64,000 bases of DNA, taken from positions 12,320 to 76,319 of the forward strand of contig SVIL01000001.1 in NCBI GenBank assembly GCA_015069505.1, given 5' to 3'. The DNA is from Clostridiales bacterium (GTDB lineage: Bacteria; Bacillota; Clostridia; Christensenellales; Borkfalkiaceae). The notes beneath the pieces are model-generated. The model was not told the origin of the DNA. It was given only the letters and a program-made list of their open reading frames with translations, and ran no database searches. This document shows, piece after piece, positions 25,708 through 35,408 of the stretch. The number at the start of each line of letters is the position of its first letter. The stretch's first letter is position 1. The translations under genes and the position numbers were made by a program.

Positions 25708-26835
25708 TTAACTAAATTTTTTATCTAATATATCCGCATATAATTTTTCGTAATTCTTTGCGGTTTCATCCCACGAGGTAAAGCAACTGTCCGCCCTCTG
25801 CCCGACTTCTTTTACAAGAGTTCGGTTATTCATAAGTTCGTCAATTCTGTTAGCGAGTTTTTCGGGGTCGTTTTCTTCGGTAAACGCAGTATAATTATCC
25901 GTAAACCTTTCGCTTGCACCCGAGCCTTTGATGACGAGTGCGGGCGTTCCTAATTCCGCCGCTTCTAAAAGAACAAGTCCGTCCGTGTCGAAAACGGAAG
26001 GGAATAGCATTAGGTCGGATTTTAGATAGTATTCGTCAAGCAAGTCCCTATCGCTTATGTAATGTAGCATTTTTACGTTGTCAGAAAGCCCAAACTTTTT
26101 GACCATACGCTTAAACTTGTTGTAATGCGGGCCGTTGCCTATCATATAGAAAAGGAAATCCGAACGCTTTTCTTTTAGGATTTTTAGGGCTTTAAGCGAA
26201 GTTGCAACGTTCTTAAAGTCAACTATAAGCCCTGCGTAAATCATATGGAAGGGTTCGTCTAAATTATATATCCTTTCGGGCAAGACTTCTCTTCGGTTAT
26301 GCCCGTTTTTAATTACGAAAACCTCTTTGTCTTTCAAGCCGTAAGAGAAAAGTTCGTCCGCCATTGAGTTTGAAACCGCACATATGTAATCGGCTTTTTG
26401 GGCACGCTTTATGATTCGTTTGATAATCATATTTACTATGAACGGGATTTTCAAATACGTTTGATAGCAATATCTATACTTAGTGTGAGCGGTGCAAACC
26501 ACGGGGATACCGTTCTTTCTTCCATAGGCGTTTGCATAGTCCGCCATCATCCCCAAAGTTTGGGTATGGATTATGTCGGGTGCAAATTCTTTAAGTTGGC
26601 GTTTCATCTTGCAACTGATTTTTGGCATCGCCCAGTAATCGTTGGTGGTGACTTTTATGCTTAAAGAACGATAAACCTTGAAAGGAAGATTAGTCGTATC
26701 CATTTTTTTAATATTTTTGGGTGCGAATACCGCAACTTCGTGATTTTTAGCGAGTGCGGTTGCGTATCGCATTACGGCGTTTTCCGTTCCGCCTTTGCTT
26801 GGCGGAAAAGAGTCCGTGAAAATAGCCACTTTCAT
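25708..26835 (-). CDS. Family-4 glycosyltransferase (possibly a glycolipid synthase)
   Basis: MKVAIFTDSFPPSKGGTENAV is a GT4 N-terminus, and the C-terminal EAAELGTPALV is an E-x7-E region. ATG 26835 follows AAAGGA; the track's TTG 26886 extension was rejected. Confidence 0.8.
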   Translation of the reverse strand: MKVAIFTDSFPPSKGGTENAVMRYATALAKNHEVAVFAPKNIKKMDTTNLPFKVYRSLSIKVTTNDYWAMPKISCKMKRQLKEFAPDIIHTQTLGMMADYANAYGRKNGIPVVCTAHTKYRYCYQTYLKIPFIVNMIIKRIIKRAQKADYICAVSNSMADELFSYGLKDKEVFVIKNGHNRREVLPERIYNLDEPFHMIYAGLIVDFKNVATSLKALKILKEKRSDFLFYMIGNGPHYNKFKRMVKKFGLSDNVKMLHYISDRDLLDEYYLKSDLMLFPSVFDTDGLVLLEAAELGTPALVIKGSGASERFTDNYTAFTEENDPEKLANRIDELMNNRTLVKEVGQRADSCFTSWDETAKNYEKLYADILDKKFS

Positions 26836-26956
26836 TTTAGAAGTCCTTTCTTGATAATTGAAATATCTATGGTTATGATAACACAATAAACATCAATAGT
26901 CAAGTTAAAACTTTTAAAAGCGAGAGTATATATTGATTAATTTTTAATCTAAATAA

Positions 26957-26990
26957 AACCGCAAGGCAAACAAATTGCCTTGCGGTAAAA
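26957..26990. terminator. Hairpin terminator downstream of thiT
   Basis: ACCGCAAGGCAA / TTGCCTTGCGGT is a 12-bp stem flanked by A and T runs. Confidence 0.6.
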
Positions 26991-27050
26991 TATTTTATTA
27001 TATTGACAAGCGTATGTCAAAACAAGATGTTACTATTACGGTAGAATAGG

Positions 27051-28253
27051 TTAGGCTTCTGGGTTTAACATTTCAACTTGGCGAGTAAACCCTTTTGAAG
27101 AGAACAATGCCAAACCAACGGCTATTACTAAAATTAAGTCAACGAAAACGTAACCGTTATATATCGTGCTGTAAAGCCAGAAGTTTGCCGTAGGCGTAGC
27201 CGCAGGTGCTAAAACCGAGAAGATACCTTCGCTTTTGTCAATTGCGTCTAAGGCGTAAGCACCGAAAGCAAACACGCCCGAGAATACGTGGCATACCCAT
27301 CTCAATACACCTGCAATGGCTGCCGAAAGGGTAAATTTAAGACGGGGTTTATCTTTTAGGAAGTTAAAGCCTGACAAACACCCTGCAAAACCAAGCATTG
27401 CAAAGGCTATCGGATAGTCTAACAAGAACTGAGCGGGGTGTACGATAAACGGGTCTTGTATGGCTTGAAGCATTCCGTACAATAGCCCTACGACCAAGCC
27501 TTTTTTAATACCGTAAACGTAAGCAAAAAGCATTACGGGGAACATAGAGAACAGGGTTATCGAACCGCCGTATGGAAGTTCAAAAATCTTAACGTAAGAA
27601 AGTGCAAAAGAGAGAGCAACGCATACACCTGCGGTAGCAATACATTTCGTATCAAACATCTTTTTATCGTTTTTGCCCAAGATGAAGCCCGCAAAAACCG
27701 CACCTACGACTAAAAGTGCCGTGCTTATATAAAGTGCAACGTTGTTAAGGTTACCGTATTCCTCGTCCGTATAATACCCGTCGCCGACGATGTTGTTTGC
27801 GTAGAATTTGTATATCATAACTACGCTTACTATTATACCAACGAAGATAACGCCACCCAAAATAATAGCAACTAATTTAAGGGTTTCGGGTTTCTTTTTG
27901 GAAAGGATGAAAATGGTGATTGCCGAGCCTAACGCAATTACGGTCGTTATAAGTAACGGAAGGAAAACGTGCGTAATAATATCCTTGCTTACCCAGTTGT
28001 CTTCTAAATACCAAGAGTCATACTTCTTAAGTATTTCTAAGACGAGCAAGAAGATCCCTAGAGCCAAAGCGTAAAAAATAAAGCCGATAAGCATATTTTT
28101 AGCAACTTTTCCACAAATATCTCTCTTGACAAAGAAAACTATTAGCCAAGAAACGATTAGTGCGGCTACGATTCCGACCGTTCCCCATATTGCATAGGGT
28201 TCAACGACGTCCGAAAGAAAAACGGGTTCGGACGAGAGTAAATTGAAAAACAT
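27051..28253 (-). CDS. thiT: Thiamine transporter ThiT (ECF S-component) fused to a 198-aa, 5-TM N-terminal extension
   Basis: The C-terminal 200 aa read YGGSITLFSMFPVMLFAYVYGIKKG...HPAQFLLDYPIAFAMLGFAG, which matches the ThiT family. The gene is TPP-riboswitch controlled. ATG 28253 follows AAAGGAGG. The track's TTG 28295 start lies inside the terminator stem. Confidence 0.8.
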   Translation of the reverse strand: MFFNLLSSEPVFLSDVVEPYAIWGTVGIVAALIVSWLIVFFVKRDICGKVAKNMLIGFIFYALALGIFLLVLEILKKYDSWYLEDNWVSKDIITHVFLPLLITTVIALGSAITIFILSKKKPETLKLVAIILGGVIFVGIIVSVVMIYKFYANNIVGDGYYTDEEYGNLNNVALYISTALLVVGAVFAGFILGKNDKKMFDTKCIATAGVCVALSFALSYVKIFELPYGGSITLFSMFPVMLFAYVYGIKKGLVVGLLYGMLQAIQDPFIVHPAQFLLDYPIAFAMLGFAGCLSGFNFLKDKPRLKFTLSAAIAGVLRWVCHVFSGVFAFGAYALDAIDKSEGIFSVLAPAATPTANFWLYSTIYNGYVFVDLILVIAVGLALFSSKGFTRQVEMLNPEA

Positions 28254-28280
28254 AAAACCTCCTTTATTCGCTACAAAGTA

Positions 28281-28400
28281 AAAAAACGCACCCAACGAAG
28301 GGTGCGGAATAAAGACCTAATATTTTAGCATTTCCTTCAAGCATTATCTTGCGGATTCAAATGGTATAATCTCAGCCGATATGGCACCCATAGCGAATAT
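28281..28400 (-). promoter_or_regulatory. TPP (THI-box) riboswitch with a terminator expression platform
   Basis: The minus-strand RNA reads CUAUGGGUGCCAUAUCGGCUGAGAUUAUACCAUUUGAAUCCGCAAGAUAAUGCUUGAAGGAAAUGC. It matches the GGGUGC..CUGAGA..ACC..UUGAA.C..GAUAAUGC..AGGAA consensus. CCGCACCC-UUCGUU-GGGUGCG followed by U7 lies at 28281-28309. Confidence 0.88.
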
Positions 28401-28417
28401 TTAATTTTGATAAGGTA

Positions 28418-28446
28418 ATAATATCACTAAAAAAGTATTGCGTCAA
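28418..28446 (-). promoter_or_regulatory. Sigma-A promoter driving the TPP riboswitch and thiT
   Basis: On the minus strand: TTGACG (28441-28446), 17-nt spacer, TATTAT (28418-28423). Confidence 0.5.
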
Positions 28447-28543
28447 GCAATTTTATGTGTTACAATAAAAAAACTTCGTGAAAAAAAAGCGTGGTTTGCC
28501 TGTGAAAGGGAAAGTAATGAAAACTATATAGAGGTATATATTT

Positions 28544-29119
28544 ATGTATAAATTTTTTGCGTTTATCGATAGGATGAAGTTCATCAAGCGTTGGTCGCTA
28601 ATGAGGTCGGTTAGAGAAGAAAACATTATGGAACACAGCCAGCAAGTTGCGGTAATCGCCCACGCTCTTGCGGTTATTGAGAATAAAAAGTTCGGCGGGG
28701 ATATTGACGTTACTAAAACCGTGCTTTTAAGCCAGTATCACGAAGTTGGTGAGGTCATAACGGGGGACTTGCCCACGCCCATAAAATATTTTAATCCGGA
28801 AATCAGTTCTGCGTACAAGGACTTAGAGAAAAACGCTTGCGAAAGGCTACTTAAAATGTTGCCCGATTTTATGCAAGACGAGTACGCAAAGTACATACTT
28901 CACGACGAAAATTCCAAAGAGTATCAGGTGGTTAAATACGCCGATAGGATTAGTGCGTACCTAAAATGCGTCGAGGAAACTAAGGCGGGGAATTCAGAAT
29001 TCAAAAAGGCGGGGGCGAACATACTTAGAGAGTTAAAGGCTTGCCCGATGCAAGCGGTTGGATACTATATTAAAGAAATAGTGCCTGCGTTTGAACTGTC
29101 TCTTGACGAACTAGATTAA
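28544..29119 (+). CDS. yfbR: HD-domain 5'-deoxynucleotidase (YfbR-like)
   Basis: RWSLMRSVREENIMEHSQQVAVIAHALA...YHEVGEVITGDLPTPIKYFN closely parallels E. coli YfbR. Confidence 0.8.
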   Translation: MYKFFAFIDRMKFIKRWSLMRSVREENIMEHSQQVAVIAHALAVIENKKFGGDIDVTKTVLLSQYHEVGEVITGDLPTPIKYFNPEISSAYKDLEKNACERLLKMLPDFMQDEYAKYILHDENSKEYQVVKYADRISAYLKCVEETKAGNSEFKKAGANILRELKACPMQAVGYYIKEIVPAFELSLDELD

Positions 29120-29240
29120 AATTTGTGCATTTTATACAATAAAAGGATAAAAAATTGTTAAAAATGCCATTGTAAAAGTATAGTCAAAGTTGTAAAATAG
29201 TATATAAGAAATATTGCCCACGATGGGCAGGAGGAAAATT

Positions 29241-30644
29241 ATGGCAAGTTTACAATTGAAAAACATCTACAAGGTTTATCCGTCAGGCGTAACCGCGGTT
29301 ACCGACTTTAACCTTGATATTGAGGACAAGGAATTTATCGTATTCGTAGGACCTTCTGGTTGCGGTAAGTCAACCACTCTTCGTATGATCGCAGGTTTGG
29401 AAGAAATCTCTGCCGGCGAACTTTACATTGACGGTAACCTTGTTAACAACAAAGCACCGAAAGATAGAGATATCGCAATGGTTTTCCAAAACTATGCACT
29501 TTATCCACACATGACCGTTTACGACAATATGGCGTTCGGTCTTAAACTTCGTAAGATGCCAAAACCCCAAATCGACCAAAGGGTTAAAGAAGCCGCAAGG
29601 ATTCTCGGTATCGAAATGTATTTGTCAAGAAAACCAAAGGCATTGTCCGGTGGTCAAAGACAACGTGTTGCTTTAGGTCGTGCAATCGTTCGTGAACCTA
29701 AGGTATTCCTTCTTGACGAACCACTTTCAAACTTGGACGCAAAACTCCGTTCACAAATGAGGACGGAAATCACCAAACTTCACAACAGACTTGCAACCAC
29801 CTTTATCTACGTTACCCACGACCAAGTCGAAGCAATGACCATGGGTACTCGTATCGTAGTTATGAAGGACGGCTTTATGCAACAAGTTGATACGCCTATC
29901 AACCTTTACGACTATCCTGTAAATCAATTCGTTGCAGGCTTCATCGGAACGCCTCAAATGAACTTCTTTACCGGTAAACTCGTAGGTACCAAGTCAAAGG
30001 TTTACGTTCAATTCGGTCTTGAAAAGATTGAACTTCCCAAAGAAAAGGTTGAACTCATCTGTAACCTTGACAAATATCTTAACACCGATAGAGAAATCGT
30101 GTTCGGTATTAGACCTGAAGACATCCACGACGACGAAAGGATGATTAAAGAAAGCGGTAATCCTATTATTGAAGTTAAAGTTGACGTTGTTGAAGCACTC
30201 GGTTCTGAAACCTTGCTTTACTGCAAGACCCGTTCAGAAGAAACTGAAGACGCTGACACCATTAAGTCAATCGTTGACGACGTAAGTAACTTGACCGCAA
30301 AGGTTGACTCTCGTTCAACGACGAAGGCTGGCGATACCGTTAAAGTTGCTCTTGATATTATTCACTGCCACTTGTTCGACAAGAATACTGAAATCACTAT
30401 TCTTGCACGTGACAAGGACAACAAGGCTGTAATTGAAGAATTACAAGCAAAACGTGAAGAAGAAGACGCAAGAAAGGCAGCTGAAGAAGCAGCAAGACTT
30501 GCTGAAGAAGAAGCAAAAGCAGCGGCTGCACTTGAAAAGAAGATGAAAAAGTCTAAGAAAGTTCAAGAAGAAGCCCCCGTTGAAGAAGCACCTGCAACCG
30601 AAGAAGCACCTGCTGAAGAAGTTGTTGAAAAGGACGCTGAATAA
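29241..30644 (+). CDS. Orphan sugar-ABC-type ATPase (MsmX/MalK/UgpC-like) with an Ala/Glu/Lys-rich C-terminal tail
   Basis: Walker A is GPSGCGKST, the signature is LSGGQRQR, and Walker B is [14 protein letters not shown] 29241 follows GGAGGA. No permease gene is adjacent. Confidence 0.85.
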   Translation: MASLQLKNIYKVYPSGVTAVTDFNLDIEDKEFIVFVGPSGCGKSTTLRMIAGLEEISAGELYIDGNLVNNKAPKDRDIAMVFQNYALYPHMTVYDNMAFGLKLRKMPKPQIDQRVKEAARILGIEMYLSRKPKALSGGQRQRVALGRAIVREPKVFLLDEPLSNLDAKLRSQMRTEITKLHNRLATTFIYVTHDQVEAMTMGTRIVVMKDGFMQQVDTPINLYDYPVNQFVAGFIGTPQMNFFTGKLVGTKSKVYVQFGLEKIELPKEKVELICNLDKYLNTDREIVFGIRPEDIHDDERMIKESGNPIIEVKVDVVEALGSETLLYCKTRSEETEDADTIKSIVDDVSNLTAKVDSRSTTKAGDTVKVALDIIHCHLFDKNTEITILARDKDNKAVIEELQAKREEEDARKAAEEAARLAEEEAKAAAALEKKMKKSKKVQEEAPVEEAPATEEAPAEEVVEKDAE

Positions 30645-30660
30645 TTAAACTAACAAAAGA

Positions 30661-30690
30661 AAGACTTTACCGAAAGGTAAGGTCTTTTTT
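30661..30690 (+). terminator. Intrinsic terminator
   Basis: AGACTTTACC-GAAA-GGTAAGGTCT followed by TTTTT. Confidence 0.75.
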
Positions 30691-30783
30691 GTATGGCTGA
30701 GCGTTGTCTTCGGTTTTTAGAGTGCGGATACGGGCTATTGATAGGCGATAACAAGTTTTTTTGGGTAATTTTGACAAATTGTC

Positions 30784-30812
30784 TTGAAATTTTGTTCGTT
30801 TTAGGATATACT
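30784..30812 (+). promoter_or_regulatory. Sigma-A promoter
   Basis: TTGAAA (30784-30789), 17-nt spacer, TATACT (30807-30812). Confidence 0.45.
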
Positions 30813-30829
30813 TGAATTTAGGTGACAAA

Positions 30830-31870
30830 ATGGATTTAGATTTTAAGTTGTTTATTAAGTTTATAAAAGAGAAAACGGGCATTGAACTTAGCGTTTACGA
30901 TACAAACGGTGACTTCATTATCGGTAGCCTTGACGTGGCAAAAAAGATAAACCCAGATATTAAAGGGGTAGTTTGCGACAAAGACGCCGACCTCACGCTT
31001 TTTACGTTAAACCATAAAAACAAGGGGTTTATCGGTTGCATAAAGGGTTGCCAAGATACCGACAAAACTTACGCAGTTCTTATATCTGAACTCGCTGAGA
31101 ACCATTTTCTTAAAGACCCCGATTTAACAAAGGAAGGGTTTTTTAAGGCTATTCTTTTTGGGGAGCTTAATTATTCGCAACTACGCAAATACGTGGGCAA
31201 GTTTTCTATACCCGATATCCCAAGTTGCGTTATGCTTGTAACGGGCGATAGCGGTAACGTTGACGAAGTCATCAGCGTTATCAAGGCGTACAGTAACGGC
31301 AAGGCGGATATGGTTATAAAACTCGACGACTCTCAATGTGCGTTTATCAAGTTTATTGACGAGGCGAGCAACGAGTACCACTCTTTTACCGAGTACGCAA
31401 ACTTTTTGGTGCAATCGGTGTTAGAGGAAACGGGGCATAGTGTAAAAGGTTCAATCGGTGGCACGGTCAAGTCGGTTTACGATTTAAGTTCTTCTTTTGC
31501 ACAGGCAAATACCGCTAACAGGATGAGCGTGGGACTTGGTGCAAAGGGGGAAGTTCATTCTTTTAAGGAATACGTGCTTATAAAAATGATTGAGGACTTG
31601 CCAAAGTTTAAACTTAACGAGTATTTAGAGATTTTAATGGACGCAAACGCCAAAGAGATTTTTGAAGACGAGGAAATGATAAACACTGCCGAGGAATTTT
31701 TGGAAAACAGTCTTAACGTCAGCGAAACGTCAAGGAATTTATACTTGCACCGCAATACGCTTATGTATAGATTAGATAAAATTGAGAAAATGACGGGGCT
31801 TAACGTCAGAAAGTTTTCAGATGCGGTTACGTTTAGGCTTATAACAATTCTTTCAAAACTTATAAAGTAG
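30830..31870 (+). CDS. PucR/CdaR-family transcriptional regulator
   Basis: The C-terminal NVSETSRNLYLHRNTLMYRLDKIEKMTGLN is a PucR-type HTH. ATG 30830 follows AGGTGA. Confidence 0.75.
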   Translation: MDLDFKLFIKFIKEKTGIELSVYDTNGDFIIGSLDVAKKINPDIKGVVCDKDADLTLFTLNHKNKGFIGCIKGCQDTDKTYAVLISELAENHFLKDPDLTKEGFFKAILFGELNYSQLRKYVGKFSIPDIPSCVMLVTGDSGNVDEVISVIKAYSNGKADMVIKLDDSQCAFIKFIDEASNEYHSFTEYANFLVQSVLEETGHSVKGSIGGTVKSVYDLSSSFAQANTANRMSVGLGAKGEVHSFKEYVLIKMIEDLPKFKLNEYLEILMDANAKEIFEDEEMINTAEEFLENSLNVSETSRNLYLHRNTLMYRLDKIEKMTGLNVRKFSDAVTFRLITILSKLIK

Positions 31871-31879
31871 GGGGCTTAG

Positions 31880-33181
31880 GTGTCCAAGTTGGAAAATAAA
31901 AAGAAAATTTCAGACAAAAAATTCAAAGTTATAGTATCACTATGCCTTGTGGGGATAGTGGTGCTTTGCTTTTTTTGCGGGTTTTTCGTTGGGCGTTTGC
32001 TTTACGGCAAAAAGGCGGATAGCCTTGCGTGGATTATAAACCTTATCGAGGACGAATATTATTATGACGAGGGCGAAGGGGTGATAAAGGGCTTTACCAC
32101 CGAAGAATACGCCAACGCTCTCGTTAAGCAGTTGTTAGATAAGTATTCGGGGTATTACACGTCCGAGGAATACGCCGACGTGGTAAGCACGGGCAAGGGC
32201 AACGCTTTCGGTACGGGTCTATCCTTTCTCAATGCGGACGATACCACCACCGTTTTTAGGGTTAGCCTTAATTCCCCTGCGGAAAAGAGCGGTTTAAGAA
32301 GTGGCGACGTGCTAAAAAGAGGGGTCGTGGATGGTCAGACGACAGAGTTTACCACCAAAGACAAGATGAAAGATTTTTTAGAGAACAGAGTAGAGGGCGA
32401 AACGTTTACCCTTTTCGTAGAGCGTGGCGGGACGGAGTTAGAGTTTACCACGGCAAAAAAAGTGTACGTTCAAAGTTACGTTTATTACCTGGATAGTGAA
32501 AAGACCTTAAAGTTTGAATCGGAAGGGAACGCCCCGCTTGTCAAAACGGAGTACGACGAGGGCGACAATAGGTTCGATAACGACACGGCGTACCTAAAAT
32601 TAGTTTCTTTTGAAGGCGGTGCGGGTAGCCAAGTAGGGCTTGCGATGGATTATATGAAACAGAGGGGTAGGACTAAACTTATCTTAGACCTTTGTGATAA
32701 CGGCGGTGGGTATATGACCGTTTTATCCGAAGTCACATCATACTTAACCTATCAAGACGGGGAAGGAAAACCCGTGATTGCAGTCGCTGAGGACAAAAAA
32801 GGAAAAAAAGAATATTTTAAGAGTGCGGGGGACAACTTTAACCGTGAAATTCAAAAGATAACCGTGCTTGCAAACCAAAACACCGCATCTGCGTCAGAGT
32901 GCTTGATAGGTGCGATGCTCTATTACGGCAAGGCGTTTAGCATAGATAACCTCGTCGTGCCTATAACGGACGGCGAAGCGAGGACTTACGGGAAAGGGAT
33001 AATGCAAACCACCTATCAAAACTTTTGGACGGGTGAAGCGTTAAAACTCACTACCGCCTTGGTTTATCAACCTGACGGCACTACTTGTATAAACGGTAGG
33101 GGCATATCCGCCAAGACGGAAAACCAAACGATAGACTACGACTCGGCTATTCAAAGGGCGATCGCTATTTTGCAAGGCTAA
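31880..33181 (+). CDS. S41 family carboxy-terminal processing peptidase (TM anchor plus PDZ)
   Basis: The PDZ domain reads NSPAEKSGLRSGDVL. LILDLCDNGGGYM and NQNTASASECLIGAM are S41 catalytic-region motifs. The start is GTG, following AGGGGG. Confidence 0.8.
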   Translation: MSKLENKKKISDKKFKVIVSLCLVGIVVLCFFCGFFVGRLLYGKKADSLAWIINLIEDEYYYDEGEGVIKGFTTEEYANALVKQLLDKYSGYYTSEEYADVVSTGKGNAFGTGLSFLNADDTTTVFRVSLNSPAEKSGLRSGDVLKRGVVDGQTTEFTTKDKMKDFLENRVEGETFTLFVERGGTELEFTTAKKVYVQSYVYYLDSEKTLKFESEGNAPLVKTEYDEGDNRFDNDTAYLKLVSFEGGAGSQVGLAMDYMKQRGRTKLILDLCDNGGGYMTVLSEVTSYLTYQDGEGKPVIAVAEDKKGKKEYFKSAGDNFNREIQKITVLANQNTASASECLIGAMLYYGKAFSIDNLVVPITDGEARTYGKGIMQTTYQNFWTGEALKLTTALVYQPDGTTCINGRGISAKTENQTIDYDSAIQRAIAILQG

Positions 33182-33447
33182 TTTGCAAAATAAGCGTTTA
33201 ACGTATCTACGATTTGTTTATCGGCAAAACTAATAATCGGGCTAACGCCCTTAGACCCTTCGTTAGGCGAAGGGTCTTGTTTTTTAAAAAGCCCGTTGAG
33301 AATAGGTGATAGCATTTCGGGCGTAAGCGTTGATAGTATTGACTTTAAGTCGAGCGAATTGTTTTTAAGCCCGTCGATAATAGGCTCTAAGTTTGAAAGT
33401 CCGAACTCTTTTAAGAAAAAGGACAAAATAAATTGTAATAATTCCAT
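33178..33447 (-). CDS. Hypothetical small protein (possible paralogue of 10713-10997)
   Basis: MELLQFILSFFLKEF...QDPSPNEG...ISFADKQIVDTLNAYF. I chose ATG 33447 (GGGGTGAG ribosome-binding site) over the track start at 33483. Confidence 0.5.
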   Translation of the reverse strand: MELLQFILSFFLKEFGLSNLEPIIDGLKNNSLDLKSILSTLTPEMLSPILNGLFKKQDPSPNEGSKGVSPIISFADKQIVDTLNAYFAN

Positions 33448-33519
33448 ACTCACCCCACTAACATTATAGTATATGACTTTCATACAATAAAATTGAGAGT
33501 TTTTTATTAGGAGGTTTTT

Positions 33520-33795
33520 ATGGAAGACTTTAATCGGTACGCATCTTCACAACAAAAGGACGATAACCCTAAAAGTGGGTTTGAGGACGTAGTGACCAAA
33601 ATCGCATCGAATTTTGACGGCAAGTCGCAAAACGAGTTGTTGTTAGCCATATACAAGGAAGCCCAAAAGGGTAAGAGAAACGGCACGTTGACTAATGCGG
33701 ATATTGATAATTTTGCCGCCGTGCTTTCCCCGATGCTTGACGAAAAAAAGCAAAACATACTAAAAAAATTAGTTGTAGAACTTAAAAAAATTTAG
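33520..33795 (+). CDS. Hypothetical small cytoplasmic protein
   Basis: A strong TAGGAGG ribosome-binding site precedes the ORF. It is 91 aa and helical/charged, and I recognise no family. Confidence 0.55.
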   Translation: MEDFNRYASSQQKDDNPKSGFEDVVTKIASNFDGKSQNELLLAIYKEAQKGKRNGTLTNADIDNFAAVLSPMLDEKKQNILKKLVVELKKI

Positions 33796-34913
33796 AGAGA
33801 TGAAATATTTTTTATTGCGTCTATAAAGTAAGATAATTCCCTTGCACTGTTCTGTGCGGATAGGGAAACCCTAACAAGACCCGCATTATCCGTGCCTAAA
33901 AACTTGTGTATAAGCGGGGCACAATGTAACCCGGGGCGTACCGCTACGTCGTAGTTTTGGTTAAGTATATCCGCAACTTCGACGGACGGCATATTATCTA
34001 ACTTAAACGAAACTATACCTATGCGGTTTGCTTTTGAATAGCACACCGCATTTTTTACGGTAGAGAGTGCGTTGATTAAAGTTTTGGTTCTATCCTCAAG
34101 GTGGTTGCCAAAGTTATCCATATTCTTATAGGCGTACCTAACCCCTTCGTTAAGCCCCGCTATTGCGGGCAGGTTAAGTGTTCCACTCTCTAATCTTTCG
34201 GGATAACAGTCGGGCTGGTCAAGGTTAAAGGATTCACTGCCCGTTCCGCCGTATATCAGCGGTCTTACGTTCGTTGATTCGTCTATGATAAGCACACCGC
34301 TACCCATTACACCGTAAAGCCCTTTATGCCCTGCTAAGCACAAAGCGGAAACGTTGTCCGATTTAAGGTTAAGTGGGATATGTCCGCCCGCTTGTGCCCC
34401 GTCAACTACGTATGGGATATTAAACTTTTTGGCGAGTTTGCCTATATCGTTTACGGGCAAAATTTCACCTGTAACGTTTGATACGGCGGTGGTTACTATA
34501 AGGCAAACGTCCTTCGTTAAGGCGTTTTTTATGGCGGTCACGATATCCACGTTTTCGGGCTTGACGATAGAAAGGGTACATATGCCCGCTTTTTCCAAGG
34601 CTTTAAGCGGTCGCAAAACCGAGTTGTGTTCATAGACGGTGGTGATAATTTTTCCGCCCGTCTTATAAAGCCCAAAGATTGCGGTGTTAAGGGCTTCGGT
34701 GCAATTTTTGGTAAAGATTACCTTTTCGGAAACCGTTCCAAAATTTTCAGCAAAAAAGTTACGGCACTCGGATATTATATTAGCACCCGCAACTGAAAGC
34801 CTATGCCCGCTTCTACCGGGGTTTGCGGATAAAAATTTGGTGACGGTGTTGACCGAATCGTAAACTGCTTGTGGCTTAAACCCACCTGTCGCGGCGTTGT
34901 CAAAATAAATCAT
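33792..34913 (-). CDS. Class-V aminotransferase / cysteine desulfurase family protein
   Basis: MIYFDNAATG is the N-terminus. The PLP lysine sits in LCLAGHKGLYG, and the C-terminus contains VRPGLHCAP. Confidence 0.8.
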   Translation of the reverse strand: MIYFDNAATGGFKPQAVYDSVNTVTKFLSANPGRSGHRLSVAGANIISECRNFFAENFGTVSEKVIFTKNCTEALNTAIFGLYKTGGKIITTVYEHNSVLRPLKALEKAGICTLSIVKPENVDIVTAIKNALTKDVCLIVTTAVSNVTGEILPVNDIGKLAKKFNIPYVVDGAQAGGHIPLNLKSDNVSALCLAGHKGLYGVMGSGVLIIDESTNVRPLIYGGTGSESFNLDQPDCYPERLESGTLNLPAIAGLNEGVRYAYKNMDNFGNHLEDRTKTLINALSTVKNAVCYSKANRIGIVSFKLDNMPSVEVADILNQNYDVAVRPGLHCAPLIHKFLGTDNAGLVRVSLSAQNSARELSYFIDAIKNISSL

Positions 34914-35059
34914 ATCACTCCTTAATTTTTGCGTAACAAAAGTTACCTAAGTATAATAAGATAATAGTAGTTACTATTATTATATAGGTCGAACGGGGCA
35001 AATAGAACAAAGACCTAAAAAACGGGCAGTACGGCTTATTTGCAAAGGAGGAAAAGGTT

Positions 35060-35317
35060 ATGGAATACGTTATCGTAAGTTTTCGGTCGAGGGAACACTC
35101 GGTTAAGTTTTCAAAATTCTTATCCGCACACGGGATATTGAATTCAATAGTAAACACCCCAAAAGAGGCGGGGATAGGTTGCGGACTTTCGGTAAAAGTG
35201 CCGTCACCCGCACTGTACACGGTTAAAAAGGCACTTGCGGTCTTAAAGTACGGTAGTTTTGCGGGCGTGTTTAAGGTAAACGATCGTGCGGGGAAACGGG
35301 TGGTGAAACCCCTTTAA
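35060..35317 (+). CDS. DUF3343-like small protein (putative S/Se carrier-related)
   Basis: VIVSFRSREHSVKFSKFLSAHGILNSIVNTPKEAGIGCGLSVKV fits the DUF3343 pattern (F.s...A...e..L...gi......P.e....CG). Confidence 0.6.
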   Translation: MEYVIVSFRSREHSVKFSKFLSAHGILNSIVNTPKEAGIGCGLSVKVPSPALYTVKKALAVLKYGSFAGVFKVNDRAGKRVVKPL

Positions 35318-35408
35318 CTTTTTTGGTGGTTAAAACGCTTGTAAAAACCGTCTTGGTTGTGGTAAAATAACCGAGTAAATACCTTAAATATGGAGATTAA
35401 GGGGTTAT

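Noticed and set aside
27003-27020. A perfect TTGACA-AGCGTA-TGTCAA palindrome that also reads as a minus-strand TTGACA-17-TAAAAT promoter directly upstream of a terminator hairpin.
   Set aside because: It sits between the thiT stop and its terminator, so a promoter firing straight into a terminator makes little sense. The glycosyltransferase gene has its own better-placed TTGACT-17-TATCAT promoter (about 26893-26921). It may still be an operator, but nothing supports that.
28254-28295. The TTG-initiated N-terminal extension of thiT given in the ORF track.
   Set aside because: The extension lies within the riboswitch terminator hairpin and U-run. ATG 28253, with an AAAGGAGG ribosome-binding site, is the credible start.
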